Source: Rothia sp. (in: high G+C Gram-positive bacteria) | Lineage (GTDB): Bacteria > Actinomycetota > Actinomycetes > Actinomycetales > Micrococcaceae | Assembly: GCF_015265375.1 (NCBI RefSeq) | Contig: NZ_JABZXW010000003.1 | Coordinates: 6,142-70,141 of the forward strand | Direction of reading: 5' to 3' | DNA length: 64,000 bases | Position numbers and translations under genes: made by a program | Part shown: positions 9,854 through 19,620 of the stretch, one piece after another | How the letters are laid out: each line of letters opens with the position of its first letter | Numbering within the stretch: position 1 is the stretch's first letter | The notes under the pieces: model-generated | What the model was told of the DNA's origin: nothing | The model's database searches: none | What the model saw: the letters and a program-made list of their open reading frames with translations, nothing else

Positions 9854-10056
9854 CTTTTAAGAGTGCCAGAGCTGGCACGTATTTACCACTTTTGACCCGC
9901 CGCAGGTTCGGCGCCCCTCCCGGATTCTTTCGTTCCTGCGTGCTGCCCGCTGTTCGTGCGTTGGGGTCGGAACCGCCAGCGCTTCTTAAGAGTTCGCTGA
10001 GTGTTCACCTGCTCGGTGCTCTTTGGCATCGCGTCTGCCCAGGTGGGCGGGCTAAA

Positions 10057-11799
10057 ATGTTGAGACGTATGAATACTCCCAGCCCACGCCGGATTTCTCC
10101 CGTGAACCCCCGTTCTTCTAATACTTCTGTTCCTCCCGCCACTCGTCCCGCTGCCCCGGATACCGCTATTGGTTCTTCGCAGTGGCTCAGTGGCGCCATT
10201 ATTGAGGGTCACTACCAGGTGGGTTCGCTCATTGGCCGCGGCGGCATGAGCGAGGTGTATTACGCGCTGGACCTGTGGTCGAATAACCCGGTCGCGCTCA
10301 AGGTCCTCTCCCCCGCCCTCGCTGAGGATGCGGCAAACCGCCAGAAATTCCACCGTGAAGAGCGTTCGATGCGCCAGGTGGGCGGCGGCGGACATACGGT
10401 GGGCGTGATTTCTTCGGGTACCGAGTATTTTTCCGGTCAGATGGTTATGTACATCGTGCTCGAGTACGTGCACGGTTGTACCCTGAGCCAGCTGCTGCGT
10501 GTGCGTAACGCGCTTTCCCTGGGTGAGGCGCTGGACATCCTCATTCCGGTGGTGGAGGCGCTCTCCGAGGTTCACGCCAACCGCTACCTGCACGGCGATA
10601 TTAAGCCGGGCAATATTCTTCTCGACGCTAACGGCCAGGTAAAGCTCACGGACTTTGGGCTCTCCCGCCGTGACGATCAGGTGGATGCGGGCGCCCCCAT
10701 GGGTACCCCCGCCTACGTGGCGCCGGAGGTTCTGGATCCGAAGGTGAAGGTCGGCGCGCAGGCTGATATTTTTGCGCTCGGCGTGATGATGTACCGCATG
10801 CTTTCCGGCCGCCTGCCCTTTGTGGGCCTGGAGAATGACCAGCAGGTGCTCTACCATAACGCCAATATTGAGATGCCCGCGCTGACCGATGTGGCGCCGG
10901 GTGCGGACCGCGATATTGCGGGGCTGATTTCGTGGTGTACCCGCAAGCAGCCTCACGCCCGCCCCGAGGATGCGACCGAGCTGTTCACGGCTCTGCTGGA
11001 GATTTCTGAGTCGTTGGGTGAGTCCGAGCGTGCATGGCGTGCACCCTCGTGCCCGGAGCCGGAGCTTCCTCTCTGGGAGGCTGTGGCGGACATTGCGGAG
11101 CGTAGCGGCGCCGCGCAGATGGTGCGTAACACCCCGATTAGCGCATTTAGCGATGCCCGCGACCTTCTGGCGTATGACGTCTATTCCCCCGACAGCCTCG
11201 TGTACGATGCCTCGGCGGCGGGTCAGGGCGTGCACCTTGCCGACGTTGACGCCGAGGACTCCGTGCTGAACCGCCAGGGCATTCCGCCGCTGGTGCGTTC
11301 CGCCTCCGACGATGACGAATCTGACGCTGACCAGGAGCACGACGGCGCAAAGGGCAAGTCCGGTAAGCGCGGCCTGGGGTCGTTCATGGGCCGCCGTGCC
11401 TCCGCGGCGAAGGGCCCGCTGACTCAGTCCGTCGGCATTGGTCCGCAGACGGAGCAGGAGTTCATCTCGGCTAACGGCGAGTACGCCCCGATTCACGCGG
11501 AGCGTTCCTTGAACCCCTCGGGTGCGCGCCGCCCGAAGTCTAAGGGGTCGGCGAGCGCCGCTGAGGCTTCACCGGATGAGGAGACCGTTTCTTCACAGGA
11601 ATCCGAGCAGTCTTCGCAGAAGGATCCTCGCCTGCCCGCTAAGCAGTTTAGGACTCCGCCCTCTGGTATGGCGGTGGGCGGCTGGGCTCTGGCGCTCATT
11701 CTGCTGGGTATGGGGTCGAGCTTCACCGGCTGGTGGCTTGCGACCTCGCTCGTGCAGTCGCAGTGGTGGCGCAATATTGAGGCGTTCCTGACCTTCTAA
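10057..11799 (+). CDS. pknL: Serine/threonine protein kinase, PknL-like, with a C-terminal TM anchor
   Basis: Hanks kinase motifs GRGGMSEVY, VALKVL, HGDIKPGNILL and DFGLS are present. C-terminal hydrophobic helix is GGWALALILLGMG. Start chosen at MLRRM (10057); the longer ORF-track start is probably spurious. Confidence 0.8.
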   Translation: MLRRMNTPSPRRISPVNPRSSNTSVPPATRPAAPDTAIGSSQWLSGAIIEGHYQVGSLIGRGGMSEVYYALDLWSNNPVALKVLSPALAEDAANRQKFHREERSMRQVGGGGHTVGVISSGTEYFSGQMVMYIVLEYVHGCTLSQLLRVRNALSLGEALDILIPVVEALSEVHANRYLHGDIKPGNILLDANGQVKLTDFGLSRRDDQVDAGAPMGTPAYVAPEVLDPKVKVGAQADIFALGVMMYRMLSGRLPFVGLENDQQVLYHNANIEMPALTDVAPGADRDIAGLISWCTRKQPHARPEDATELFTALLEISESLGESERAWRAPSCPEPELPLWEAVADIAERSGAAQMVRNTPISAFSDARDLLAYDVYSPDSLVYDASAAGQGVHLADVDAEDSVLNRQGIPPLVRSASDDDESDADQEHDGAKGKSGKRGLGSFMGRRASAAKGPLTQSVGIGPQTEQEFISANGEYAPIHAERSLNPSGARRPKSKGSASAAEASPDEETVSSQESEQSSQKDPRLPAKQFRTPPSGMAVGGWALALILLGMGSSFTGWWLATSLVQSQWWRNIEAFLTF

Positions 11800-11933
11800 A
11801 CTTTGTCTTCGCGCTATATACCGCGCGCAGGTTAAAAGCAATTGCCCGGGTCTTCACTCAGTGTGAGTGAAGACCCGGGCATTGTCGCGTCTGCTACTCT
11901 CCGCCAACTATCGCGGTGAAAAGCGTGAGCGTT

Positions 11934-13298
11934 TTATGCGCGGTTCTTGAGGTACTCGGAGACCAGGAACGCGATTTCCAGGGACTGCGAGTGGTTCAGG
12001 CGCGGGTCGCACAGGGACTCGTAGCGGTCAGCCAGTGCTGCCTCGTCGATGGCGTCGGAGCCACCCAGGCACTCGGTCACGTCGTCGCCGGTCATTTCCA
12101 CGTGGATACCGCCGGGGAACGAACCCAGAGCCTCGTGCACCTCGAAGAAGCCGCGAACCTCGTCGAGCACGTCGTCGAAGCGGCGGGTCTTGTAGCCGGA
12201 GGGCACGGAGATGGTGTTGCCGTGCATCGGGTCGGTTACCCAAACAACCTTCGCGCCTTCAGCCTGCACGCCCTCAACGATCGAGGGCAGCTTCTCGCGA
12301 ATGTTCTTCGCGCCCATGCGGGTGATGAAGGTCAGGCGGCCGGGCTCGCGGTTCGGGTCGAGCTTGTCGATCAGTGCGAGTGCGTCCTCTGCGGTGGTGG
12401 TCGGGCCCAGCTTCACGCCGATGGGGTTGCGGACCTTGGAGAGGAAGTCCACGTGTGCGTCGTCGACGCCGCGGGTGCGCTCGCCAATCCACAGGAAGTG
12501 TGCGGAGGTGTCGTAGGGCAGCTGGGTGCGCGAGTCGATGCGGGTGAGGGCACGCTCGTAGTCCAGTACGAGTGCCTCGTGGCCTACGTACATGTCGGTG
12601 GTCTTGAGAGCTTCGAAGTTCACGCCGCAGGCTTCCATGAACTTGAGGGCGCGGCCGATTTCGTTGGCGGTCTTCTCGTAACGCTCGTGCGCGGGGTTAG
12701 CGGTGAAGCCGCGGTTCCACTGGTGCACGGCGCGCAGGTCTGCGAAGCCGCCCTTGGTGAAGGCGCGCACCAGGTTCAGGGTGGAGGCGCTGGTGTGGTA
12801 GCCGCGCAGCATGCGCTTGGGGTCGTGTACGCGTGCTTCGGGGGTGAAGTCGAAGCCGTTGACGGTCTCACCGCGGAAGGAGGGCAGGGTGACGTCGCCG
12901 CGGGTTTCCATATCTGCCGAACGCGGCTTGGAGAACTGGCCCGCCATGCGGCCCATCTTCACCACGGGCATGGATGCGCCGTAGGTGAGCACTGCAGACA
13001 TCTGCAGGATGGTCTTGACGCGGCCGGAAATCTTGTCGGCGGTTGCGCCCGCGAAGGTTTCTGCACAGTCGCCGCCCTGCAGGAGGAATGCGCGGCCTTC
13101 AGCAACCTCACCGAGTGCCTGACGCATTGCGTCGACCTCACCGGCGAAGACGAGCGGCGGTACCGAGTTCAGCTCGGCGATGGTGCTTTCAAAATCTTCG
13201 TGCTCGCTCCAGGTGGGCTGCTGGTCAATGTGCAGCTCGCGCCAGGTGTCCAGGCCGTGGTCGGGGGCCTGCGAGGTGCTGAGGTTTTGGTTGCTCAT
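11934..13298 (-). CDS. aroG: 3-deoxy-7-phosphoheptulonate (DAHP) synthase, class II
   Basis: 454 aa from MSNQNLSTSQ. Has a GGAGTGAAG RBS. Global similarity to type II AroG; in M. tuberculosis aroG is adjacent to pknL. Confidence 0.8.
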   Translation of the reverse strand: MSNQNLSTSQAPDHGLDTWRELHIDQQPTWSEHEDFESTIAELNSVPPLVFAGEVDAMRQALGEVAEGRAFLLQGGDCAETFAGATADKISGRVKTILQMSAVLTYGASMPVVKMGRMAGQFSKPRSADMETRGDVTLPSFRGETVNGFDFTPEARVHDPKRMLRGYHTSASTLNLVRAFTKGGFADLRAVHQWNRGFTANPAHERYEKTANEIGRALKFMEACGVNFEALKTTDMYVGHEALVLDYERALTRIDSRTQLPYDTSAHFLWIGERTRGVDDAHVDFLSKVRNPIGVKLGPTTTAEDALALIDKLDPNREPGRLTFITRMGAKNIREKLPSIVEGVQAEGAKVVWVTDPMHGNTISVPSGYKTRRFDDVLDEVRGFFEVHEALGSFPGGIHVEMTGDDVTECLGGSDAIDEAALADRYESLCDPRLNHSQSLEIAFLVSEYLKNRA

Positions 13299-13508
13299 CT
13301 TCACTCCATCGGGATGGTCTTGTGCGTTTTCTGATTCAGCCCTGGTTCGGGTGCCCGGTGCGCCGTGTTCGGCGTGCGTGCACGTGGTTCTCAGGGATGA
13401 ATAGACTAATTGTACTCTTGCTTGCTTCAACACCTAACCCTGCAGTCAGGTACATCTCACATGTTTAGATAGCGCCACCCGGTATCGGCGATAAGCGGGT
13501 TGATAAGT

Positions 13509-13564
13509 GCCGTTGCAGAACGGCATACGAAAGGGCGGGATGCGGCGCGTACCGCATCCCGCCC
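13509..13564 (-). terminator. Two adjacent hairpins downstream of plsC (GCCGTTgcagAACGGC and GGGCGGGATGCGGcgcgtaCCGCATCCCGCCC)
   Basis: Perfect stems of 6 and 13 bp seen directly in the sequence. Confidence 0.6.
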
Positions 13565-13620
13565 TCTGGCGTATGTGCGCACCCGTTTGGGGTGCTGTCT
13601 CAATGTCTAGTACTGCAGGT

Positions 13621-14370
13621 CTAGTGCTGCAGGTGCGCGACTGCTTCGTCAGCGCTCATGTTCTTATCAGCCATGAGCTTCTTGACGCGGTCGGCGTACA
13701 CGTTCACGTATTCCTGGCCGCTGAGGGCACGAATCTCAGAGCCGATACGGTCGGCGATTTCACGCTGAACGCGGTAGCTCGTGTCCGTTCCGTCGGTGTA
13801 CTCCTCGAAGGTGAGGGGCTTGCCAATAATGGTGCGCACCTGGATGGGCTTGCCGTCGTGGCGCAGGCGAATACGGTTCGAGCCGGAGGGCTGAATCAGG
13901 TCGGTACCAATCTGTCCGACGGGCACCACGGGCACGCCGGTTTCCAGGGCGAGGCGGGCGACGCCAACCTTGGGGCGGTAACCGCGTCCATCGGGGCTGC
14001 GGGTGCCCTCGGGATAGATGCCAATAACGCCGCCGTCCTTGAGGACCTGCGCGCCAGCGTTGAGGGATTCCTGGCTCTTCTGGCCACCCGAACGGTCCAT
14101 GGGCAGCTGACCGACGCCGCGGAAGAACGCCGCCATGGCACGGCCCTTCACGCCGGGGGTGGTGAAGTAGTCGCTCTTGGCGAGGAAGTTCACGGTGCGA
14201 GGCATGGCGAGAGGAATGAAAATGGAGTCGCAGAACGCCAGGTGGTTGCTGGCGACGATGTAGGGACCCTCGGGCAGATTCTCTAGACCCACCACGTCAT
14301 GGTGGTACAGTCCCTGCAGCAGGGGGGAGCCAAGAATCTTGAGCGTTGAATAGAGGGCGGTGTTAGGCAT
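13621..14370 (-). CDS. plsC: 1-acyl-sn-glycerol-3-phosphate acyltransferase (PlsC family)
   Basis: HxxxxD motif NHLAFCDS and the IYPEGTRS motif are both present. Confidence 0.85.
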   Translation of the reverse strand: MPNTALYSTLKILGSPLLQGLYHHDVVGLENLPEGPYIVASNHLAFCDSIFIPLAMPRTVNFLAKSDYFTTPGVKGRAMAAFFRGVGQLPMDRSGGQKSQESLNAGAQVLKDGGVIGIYPEGTRSPDGRGYRPKVGVARLALETGVPVVPVGQIGTDLIQPSGSNRIRLRHDGKPIQVRTIIGKPLTFEEYTDGTDTSYRVQREIADRIGSEIRALSGQEYVNVYADRVKKLMADKNMSADEAVAHLQH

Positions 14371-14595
14371 GGGGTCTCCTCTCTGAATGTTCCCGGCTCA
14401 ATTCTAGCGTGTCTGGAGAGGCGCGAGAGAACGCGCGATAATTAAAGAAAAGAGAACGATTTTTCTGCGCACCGGTGTGCTGGGTGCGCTGGGGGCGATA
14501 TACCAGCATCGGCGCTGTATCTGTGGCGCCCCACCGGGGTACGCTATAGAGCCTGCACCTGCGTTCATATTCGCGCAGGTTGGCTAAGGAGGACC

Positions 14596-15462
14596 ATGAG
14601 CATTTTCGATAACTCGTTGGAGCCGCTCAAGCGGATGCGCCGCAAGGCTCGCGAGCGCAGGCTTCTAGCAACCCAAAATGTTAAGGACTCCTTGGCGCGT
14701 CGCCTCGAGGGCGACCAGGAGACGTTCGATCACTCCCCCGTTTCTTTTACCCCTGACCATGCGCAGCATTCTGTGGGTATTTTGCTGGTGCACGGTTTTA
14801 CGGGTTCGCCGCACAGTATGCGCCCGTTGGCTCAGCATTTTATGGAGCTCGGGTTTGCGGTGGAGATGCCGCTGCTGACCGGCCACGGCACCCGATGGCA
14901 GGATTTGCGTGATAGCACCTATGAGCAGTGGCTGGCTTCTGCCGAGCAGGGGTACCGCCGCCTGACCGATCAGGGTCTGCGTGTGGTGGTCATTGGCATG
15001 TCGATGGGTGGCACGGTGGCAACTCACCTGTCGGCGCGTCTGCCGGTGGCGGGTACGGTGTTGATCAACCCCTACATGGTGGATGTGAACCCGATGATGC
15101 GCCACGCGGGCAAGGTCTCTAAGGTTCTGCCGATGCTCAAGGCTATTGGCTCCGATATTGCGATTCCTGGCGTGAGCGAGGGTGCGTATTCTATCGTTCC
15201 GACGGCGGCGGTGCATCAGCTGCATCTTTTGGGTGCTGAGACGCGTGCGCTGATTCCGCAGTTGAAGGCGCCGGTGCTGTATGCGCGTTCACTGGGCGAT
15301 CATACTGTGTCGGATAGCTCCCATAAATATTTTCTCGAACATTGTTCAGTTCCTGTAGAATTTAGGTGGCTGACCCGCAGCTACCATGTGGCAACGCTCG
15401 ACTACGACGCCGAGTATCTTTTCTCTACCGTTCAAGCTTTTGTCGCATCCCTAAACCACTAA
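14596..15462 (+). CDS. Alpha/beta-hydrolase (carboxylesterase / lysophospholipase-like)
   Basis: HGFTGSP oxyanion region and a GMSMGG nucleophile elbow. An AAGGAGG RBS lies upstream. Confidence 0.7.
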   Translation: MSIFDNSLEPLKRMRRKARERRLLATQNVKDSLARRLEGDQETFDHSPVSFTPDHAQHSVGILLVHGFTGSPHSMRPLAQHFMELGFAVEMPLLTGHGTRWQDLRDSTYEQWLASAEQGYRRLTDQGLRVVVIGMSMGGTVATHLSARLPVAGTVLINPYMVDVNPMMRHAGKVSKVLPMLKAIGSDIAIPGVSEGAYSIVPTAAVHQLHLLGAETRALIPQLKAPVLYARSLGDHTVSDSSHKYFLEHCSVPVEFRWLTRSYHVATLDYDAEYLFSTVQAFVASLNH

Positions 15463-15616
15463 ATTCTGATAGTTCCGCCCGCTGCACACCGGCGAATGCA
15501 TCACCCGCCGCGGCGAGCAGAACAACCAGAAAGCCATCACGGCACCTCGAACCATCGAGGACAGCCCGCGGCACCGGATCCGCCACGGGCTCACGCCCTG
15601 ATTCGAAAGGCGCATT

Positions 15617-17749
15617 ATGAAAGTCTTCTCCGCTCCCGCTGAGGTTCTCGTCGACCCCTCGCTGAACCTGACAAGCATTGTTGAGCGCCACCGAGCCGAT
15701 AGTTCCAACCCGGTGCTCTACCGTCGACAGATGTCGCCGGGTAACTGGCAGCCGGTTCGAGCCCAGCAGTTCCACCAGATGGTGACCGATCTGGCGAAGG
15801 GCATGATTGCTGCGGGTATCCGCCCGGGTGACCGTGTGGGCATTATGAGCCGCACCCGTTTTGAATGGACCGTCATTGACTTCGCGATTTGGTACGCGGG
15901 CGCCATCTCCGTGCCGGTGTACGAGACGAACGCTGCCGCCCAGGCGGCGTGGGCACTGTCCCATTCTGAGGCTGTCGCTATCTTTGTCGAGGATGAGAAG
16001 CTCCTGAATCGTGTGGCTGAGGCTGAGGAGTTCGCCTCCACGACTGAGGAACCCATGCAGTTGAAGCACCGCTGGGTCATTGAGAACGGCGACCTTGATA
16101 CCCTCAGCGCTCGCGCGTCCGAGGTGAGCGATGAGCAGCTGGAGCAGGTACGTTCCGCTGCCGGCTGTGATGACATCGCGACCATTGTGTATACCTCCGG
16201 CACGACCGGCCGCCCCAAGGGTTGCGCGCTGACTCACGGCCACTTCCTAAACCTGAGTGTCAACACCAAAATGGTCGAACCCGAGATTGCGAACTCCCGC
16301 AACTCCTCCATTCTTTTCTTGCCGCTGGCGCACGTTCTGGCGCGTCTGATTCAGGTGCTGGCACTGGATGCCGGTCTGGTCATCGGTCACTCCCCCAATA
16401 TTAAGAACCTGGCTGCTGACTTGGATAGCTTCAAGCCGACCATGCTGCTGGTGGTGCCCCGCGTCTTTGAGAAGGTGTACGAGGGCGCCATGGCGAAGGC
16501 GGCTAAGGGCGGCAAGTTCAATAAGTCGCTCTTTGAGCGTTCCACCGATATTGCGGTGCGCTGGTCACAGGCGAAGGTTGAGGGCCGTGTCCCGCTGAAG
16601 CTGGCGGCGCAGTACGCTCTCTACGACAAGCTGGTCTACTCGAAGCTGCGTGCGGCTCTGGGCGGCGAGCTGCGCTACGCGGTCTCCGGCGGCGGTCCCC
16701 TCGGCGAGCGCCTGGCGCACTTCTTCCACGCGGTGGGTGTGCAGGTGGTTGAGGGTTACGGCCTGACCGAGACCTGCGCCCCGATTGCGGCTGGCCGCAT
16801 CAACCCGTACCAGATTGGCATGATTGGCCCGCTCATCCCCGGTTCCGAAGGCTACATCGCTGAGGACGGTGAGCTTCTGGTCCGCGGCGTGGGCGTGATT
16901 AGCAGCTACTACAAGAACCCCGAAGAGGACGCTCAGGCGTTCACCGAGGACGGCTGGTTCCGCACCGGTGACCTGGCTCGTTTCGATGAGCGGGGCTACC
17001 TGAAGATTGTGGGCCGCAAGAAGGAAATCATCGTCACCGCCGGCGGTAAGAACGTCATTCCGGGCATTGCGGAGAACCATCTGCGCACCTCTCCCCTGGT
17101 GTCTCAGGCGATGCTGGTCGGCGATGAGAAGCCGTTCATTGCGGCGCTGGTGACCTTGGATCCGGATACCCTGCCCGAGCAGCTCGAGCACCTGGGTCTG
17201 CCGCGTTCGCTCTCCATCCCGGAGGCTGCCGTTCACCCGGCGGTTCGTGCCGCAATTCAGAAGCTCGTGGATGAGGCGAACCAGCTGGTTTCCCGCGCCG
17301 AGGGTATTCGCGAGTTCCGCATCATGAACCGTGATCTGACCGAGGAAGATGGTTACCTGACTCCTTCGCAGAAGCTGCGCCGCGCGAAGATTCTGCAGGA
17401 CTTCTCCTCCTACGTGGATGAGATGTACGGCAAGGTTTCCGATAGCACTTCGGATTCCTTGGCTCGCCTGCAGGAGTACGCTGCGGAGCAGTCTGAGAAG
17501 TTCGCTGAACTGCGTGAGCAGGCAGCCGAGCGTCTGCACGAGTATGCTGACCAGCAGACGGAGCGTCTTGCTGAGCTGCGCGAGCAGGCAGCTGAGAAGC
17601 TTGAGGAGCTGCGTGAGCAGGCGGCTGAGCGTATGCAGAAGCCGCAGGAAGAGAAGGCGGAAAAGGCAGAGGATGCTTCCGCTGAAGCTCCTGCTGAGAA
17701 GGCAGAAGCTAAGAAGGCTGAGAAGAAGCCTAAAAGCGACAACGACTAA
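15617..17749 (+). CDS. fadD: Long-chain fatty-acid--CoA ligase (FadD, AMP-binding) with an ~100-aa C-terminal coiled-coil repeat extension
   Basis: AMP-binding motif YTSGTTGRPKG is present. The C-terminus carries four or more ELREQAAE-type repeats. Confidence 0.8.
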   Translation: MKVFSAPAEVLVDPSLNLTSIVERHRADSSNPVLYRRQMSPGNWQPVRAQQFHQMVTDLAKGMIAAGIRPGDRVGIMSRTRFEWTVIDFAIWYAGAISVPVYETNAAAQAAWALSHSEAVAIFVEDEKLLNRVAEAEEFASTTEEPMQLKHRWVIENGDLDTLSARASEVSDEQLEQVRSAAGCDDIATIVYTSGTTGRPKGCALTHGHFLNLSVNTKMVEPEIANSRNSSILFLPLAHVLARLIQVLALDAGLVIGHSPNIKNLAADLDSFKPTMLLVVPRVFEKVYEGAMAKAAKGGKFNKSLFERSTDIAVRWSQAKVEGRVPLKLAAQYALYDKLVYSKLRAALGGELRYAVSGGGPLGERLAHFFHAVGVQVVEGYGLTETCAPIAAGRINPYQIGMIGPLIPGSEGYIAEDGELLVRGVGVISSYYKNPEEDAQAFTEDGWFRTGDLARFDERGYLKIVGRKKEIIVTAGGKNVIPGIAENHLRTSPLVSQAMLVGDEKPFIAALVTLDPDTLPEQLEHLGLPRSLSIPEAAVHPAVRAAIQKLVDEANQLVSRAEGIREFRIMNRDLTEEDGYLTPSQKLRRAKILQDFSSYVDEMYGKVSDSTSDSLARLQEYAAEQSEKFAELREQAAERLHEYADQQTERLAELREQAAEKLEELREQAAERMQKPQEEKAEKAEDASAEAPAEKAEAKKAEKKPKSDND

Positions 17750-17889
17750 CCGGCTCCGGCTGGCATAACGAGAGGAGGGGGTCGTATCTAAGTGGTACGA
17801 CCCCCTCCTCTCGTATATTGGCTCGTGTATGCTGACCGCCCAAAGCCTCGGCTTCCGGGCGTTATCTAGCCGGCGTTAGTTGGCGGGCG

Positions 17890-19347
17890 TTAGTTGGCAG
17901 GCTCGTCGAATTCCAGGCCGAGCAACGCGTTCTCAACGATTTCGGTCAGTGCCGGGTGAATCCAGTACTGGCCGCGTGCGAGGGTGCGCGCATCCATGCC
18001 GAAGCTCATTGCCTGCAGCAGCGGCTGGATGAGCACGGAGGACTCTTCACCGACCAGGTGCGCGCCGAGCAGCTCACCGTTGTCCTTGCGGGCAATCAGC
18101 TTGCACAGGCCGATCTTGTCTTCCATTGCCCAGCCGTAGGCGGTGTCGCCAAAGTTCTGTGCCTTGACGGTAATCTCATAGCCTTCACGCTCAGCCGCCT
18201 GGCGTGCCTGCTCTTCGGTCATGCCGACCACGGCGATCTGCGGGTTGGTGAAGACAGCACCGGGTACGTAGCGGTGGTCGCTTGCGCGCAGGTCCTCGGG
18301 GTGGCTGAGGTTGTGCTGCACGACGCGTGCCTCGTGGTTTGCCACGTGCTTGAGCTGGTAGCGACTGGATACGTCACCGAGGGCGTAGACGCCGGGTACG
18401 GGTGCGCCGTTGTAGAGCACGCGCTGGTACTTATCGACGCTGAGCTGACCGCCGTCCTGCACGTCGAAGTAATTCTTCGCGTTGAGGGTGTCGGTGTTGG
18501 GGCGGCGACCGGTTGCCACGAGCACAGCATCCGCAGGGATTTCGAGCAGCTCTTCACCGTTCTCGGTGGTGCCCTTCGCTACGACGGTCACGCTGCCGTC
18601 GGCGTTCTCACGGATTTCGGAGAGGCCAGCATTCTTGACGATGTTCCACTGCTTGCTTGCGGCTTCTTCGAAGCGTGCCACGACCTCTTCATCCACGCCG
18701 CGCAGCAGGCGGGAGGAGCGGTTCAGCTGGGTTACCTCGGTGCCGAATGCGGAGAAGACGTGGGAGAACTCTGCCGCAATCACGCCGCCGCCGATGACGA
18801 CCATGCGTGCGGGCAGTTCGTCCATGCGCATGACGTTGTCGTTGGTATAGACCTTAGCGGAGTCAATGCCGGGCACGGGAGGCAACACGGCGCGGGAACC
18901 TGCCGCAATCACAATCTGGCGGCCCTGCAGGCGGGTGCCGTCGGTCAGCTCGATGGTGTGGGAGCCGACGAAGCGCGCGTACTGGTCGTAGAAATCGACG
19001 TTGGGCAGGCCGGCACGCCAGTTGCGGCCGCCTTCAGCGATCTGGTCGATGCGGGAGGCGAAGATACGGTCACGAATCTGCGCCCAGTGCACGGCGTCCA
19101 CGTGTGCGTCGACGCCCAGGTGCTTGACCTCGCGGGTCTTCTGCGCGATAGTCGCCGGGTAGACGTACATCTTGGTGGGGATGCAGCCAACGTTCAGACA
19201 GGTGCCGCCAAAGATACCGCCGTCGACCAGGGCGACCTTCTTGTCGTCCCATTCGGGGCCGATGAGGGTGTTGCCGGATCCGGAGCCGATGACGATGAGG
19301 TCGTACTGTGCTACGCCGTCAATGCGTTCTACGTTCTCGATGCTCAT
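17890..19347 (-). CDS. mtr: Mycothione reductase-like FAD/NAD(P)-dependent disulfide oxidoreductase
   Basis: N-terminal YDLIVIGSGSGN and redox-active GGTCLNVGCIPTK. The Mtr/Lpd distinction is by similarity only. Confidence 0.65.
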   Translation of the reverse strand: MSIENVERIDGVAQYDLIVIGSGSGNTLIGPEWDDKKVALVDGGIFGGTCLNVGCIPTKMYVYPATIAQKTREVKHLGVDAHVDAVHWAQIRDRIFASRIDQIAEGGRNWRAGLPNVDFYDQYARFVGSHTIELTDGTRLQGRQIVIAAGSRAVLPPVPGIDSAKVYTNDNVMRMDELPARMVVIGGGVIAAEFSHVFSAFGTEVTQLNRSSRLLRGVDEEVVARFEEAASKQWNIVKNAGLSEIRENADGSVTVVAKGTTENGEELLEIPADAVLVATGRRPNTDTLNAKNYFDVQDGGQLSVDKYQRVLYNGAPVPGVYALGDVSSRYQLKHVANHEARVVQHNLSHPEDLRASDHRYVPGAVFTNPQIAVVGMTEEQARQAAEREGYEITVKAQNFGDTAYGWAMEDKIGLCKLIARKDNGELLGAHLVGEESSVLIQPLLQAMSFGMDARTLARGQYWIHPALTEIVENALLGLEFDEPAN

Positions 19348-19620
19348 GTGGTCCTCTCGTTTAAGGTGTTGAGGCTGGGCTCGTTCCCCAGCGTGCCCCT
19401 CGATGACGGGCTTATTTCTGTTACTGCCACTATAACGCGTGGAGGGTCTGGGCTATTCCCAAGATCTCATCTCATTGCCTGTTGATACGCAAAAGTGCGC
19501 CGTCCCAAGGAACACAGCGCTGAGAATACGGTGTTGAGAACACTGCTGTTTCTTGAGAAGACGCACTCAAGCATTGAAACTATTTGAGCCCGCGGATTAG
19601 CAAGGCTTAGATGTCTGCGT

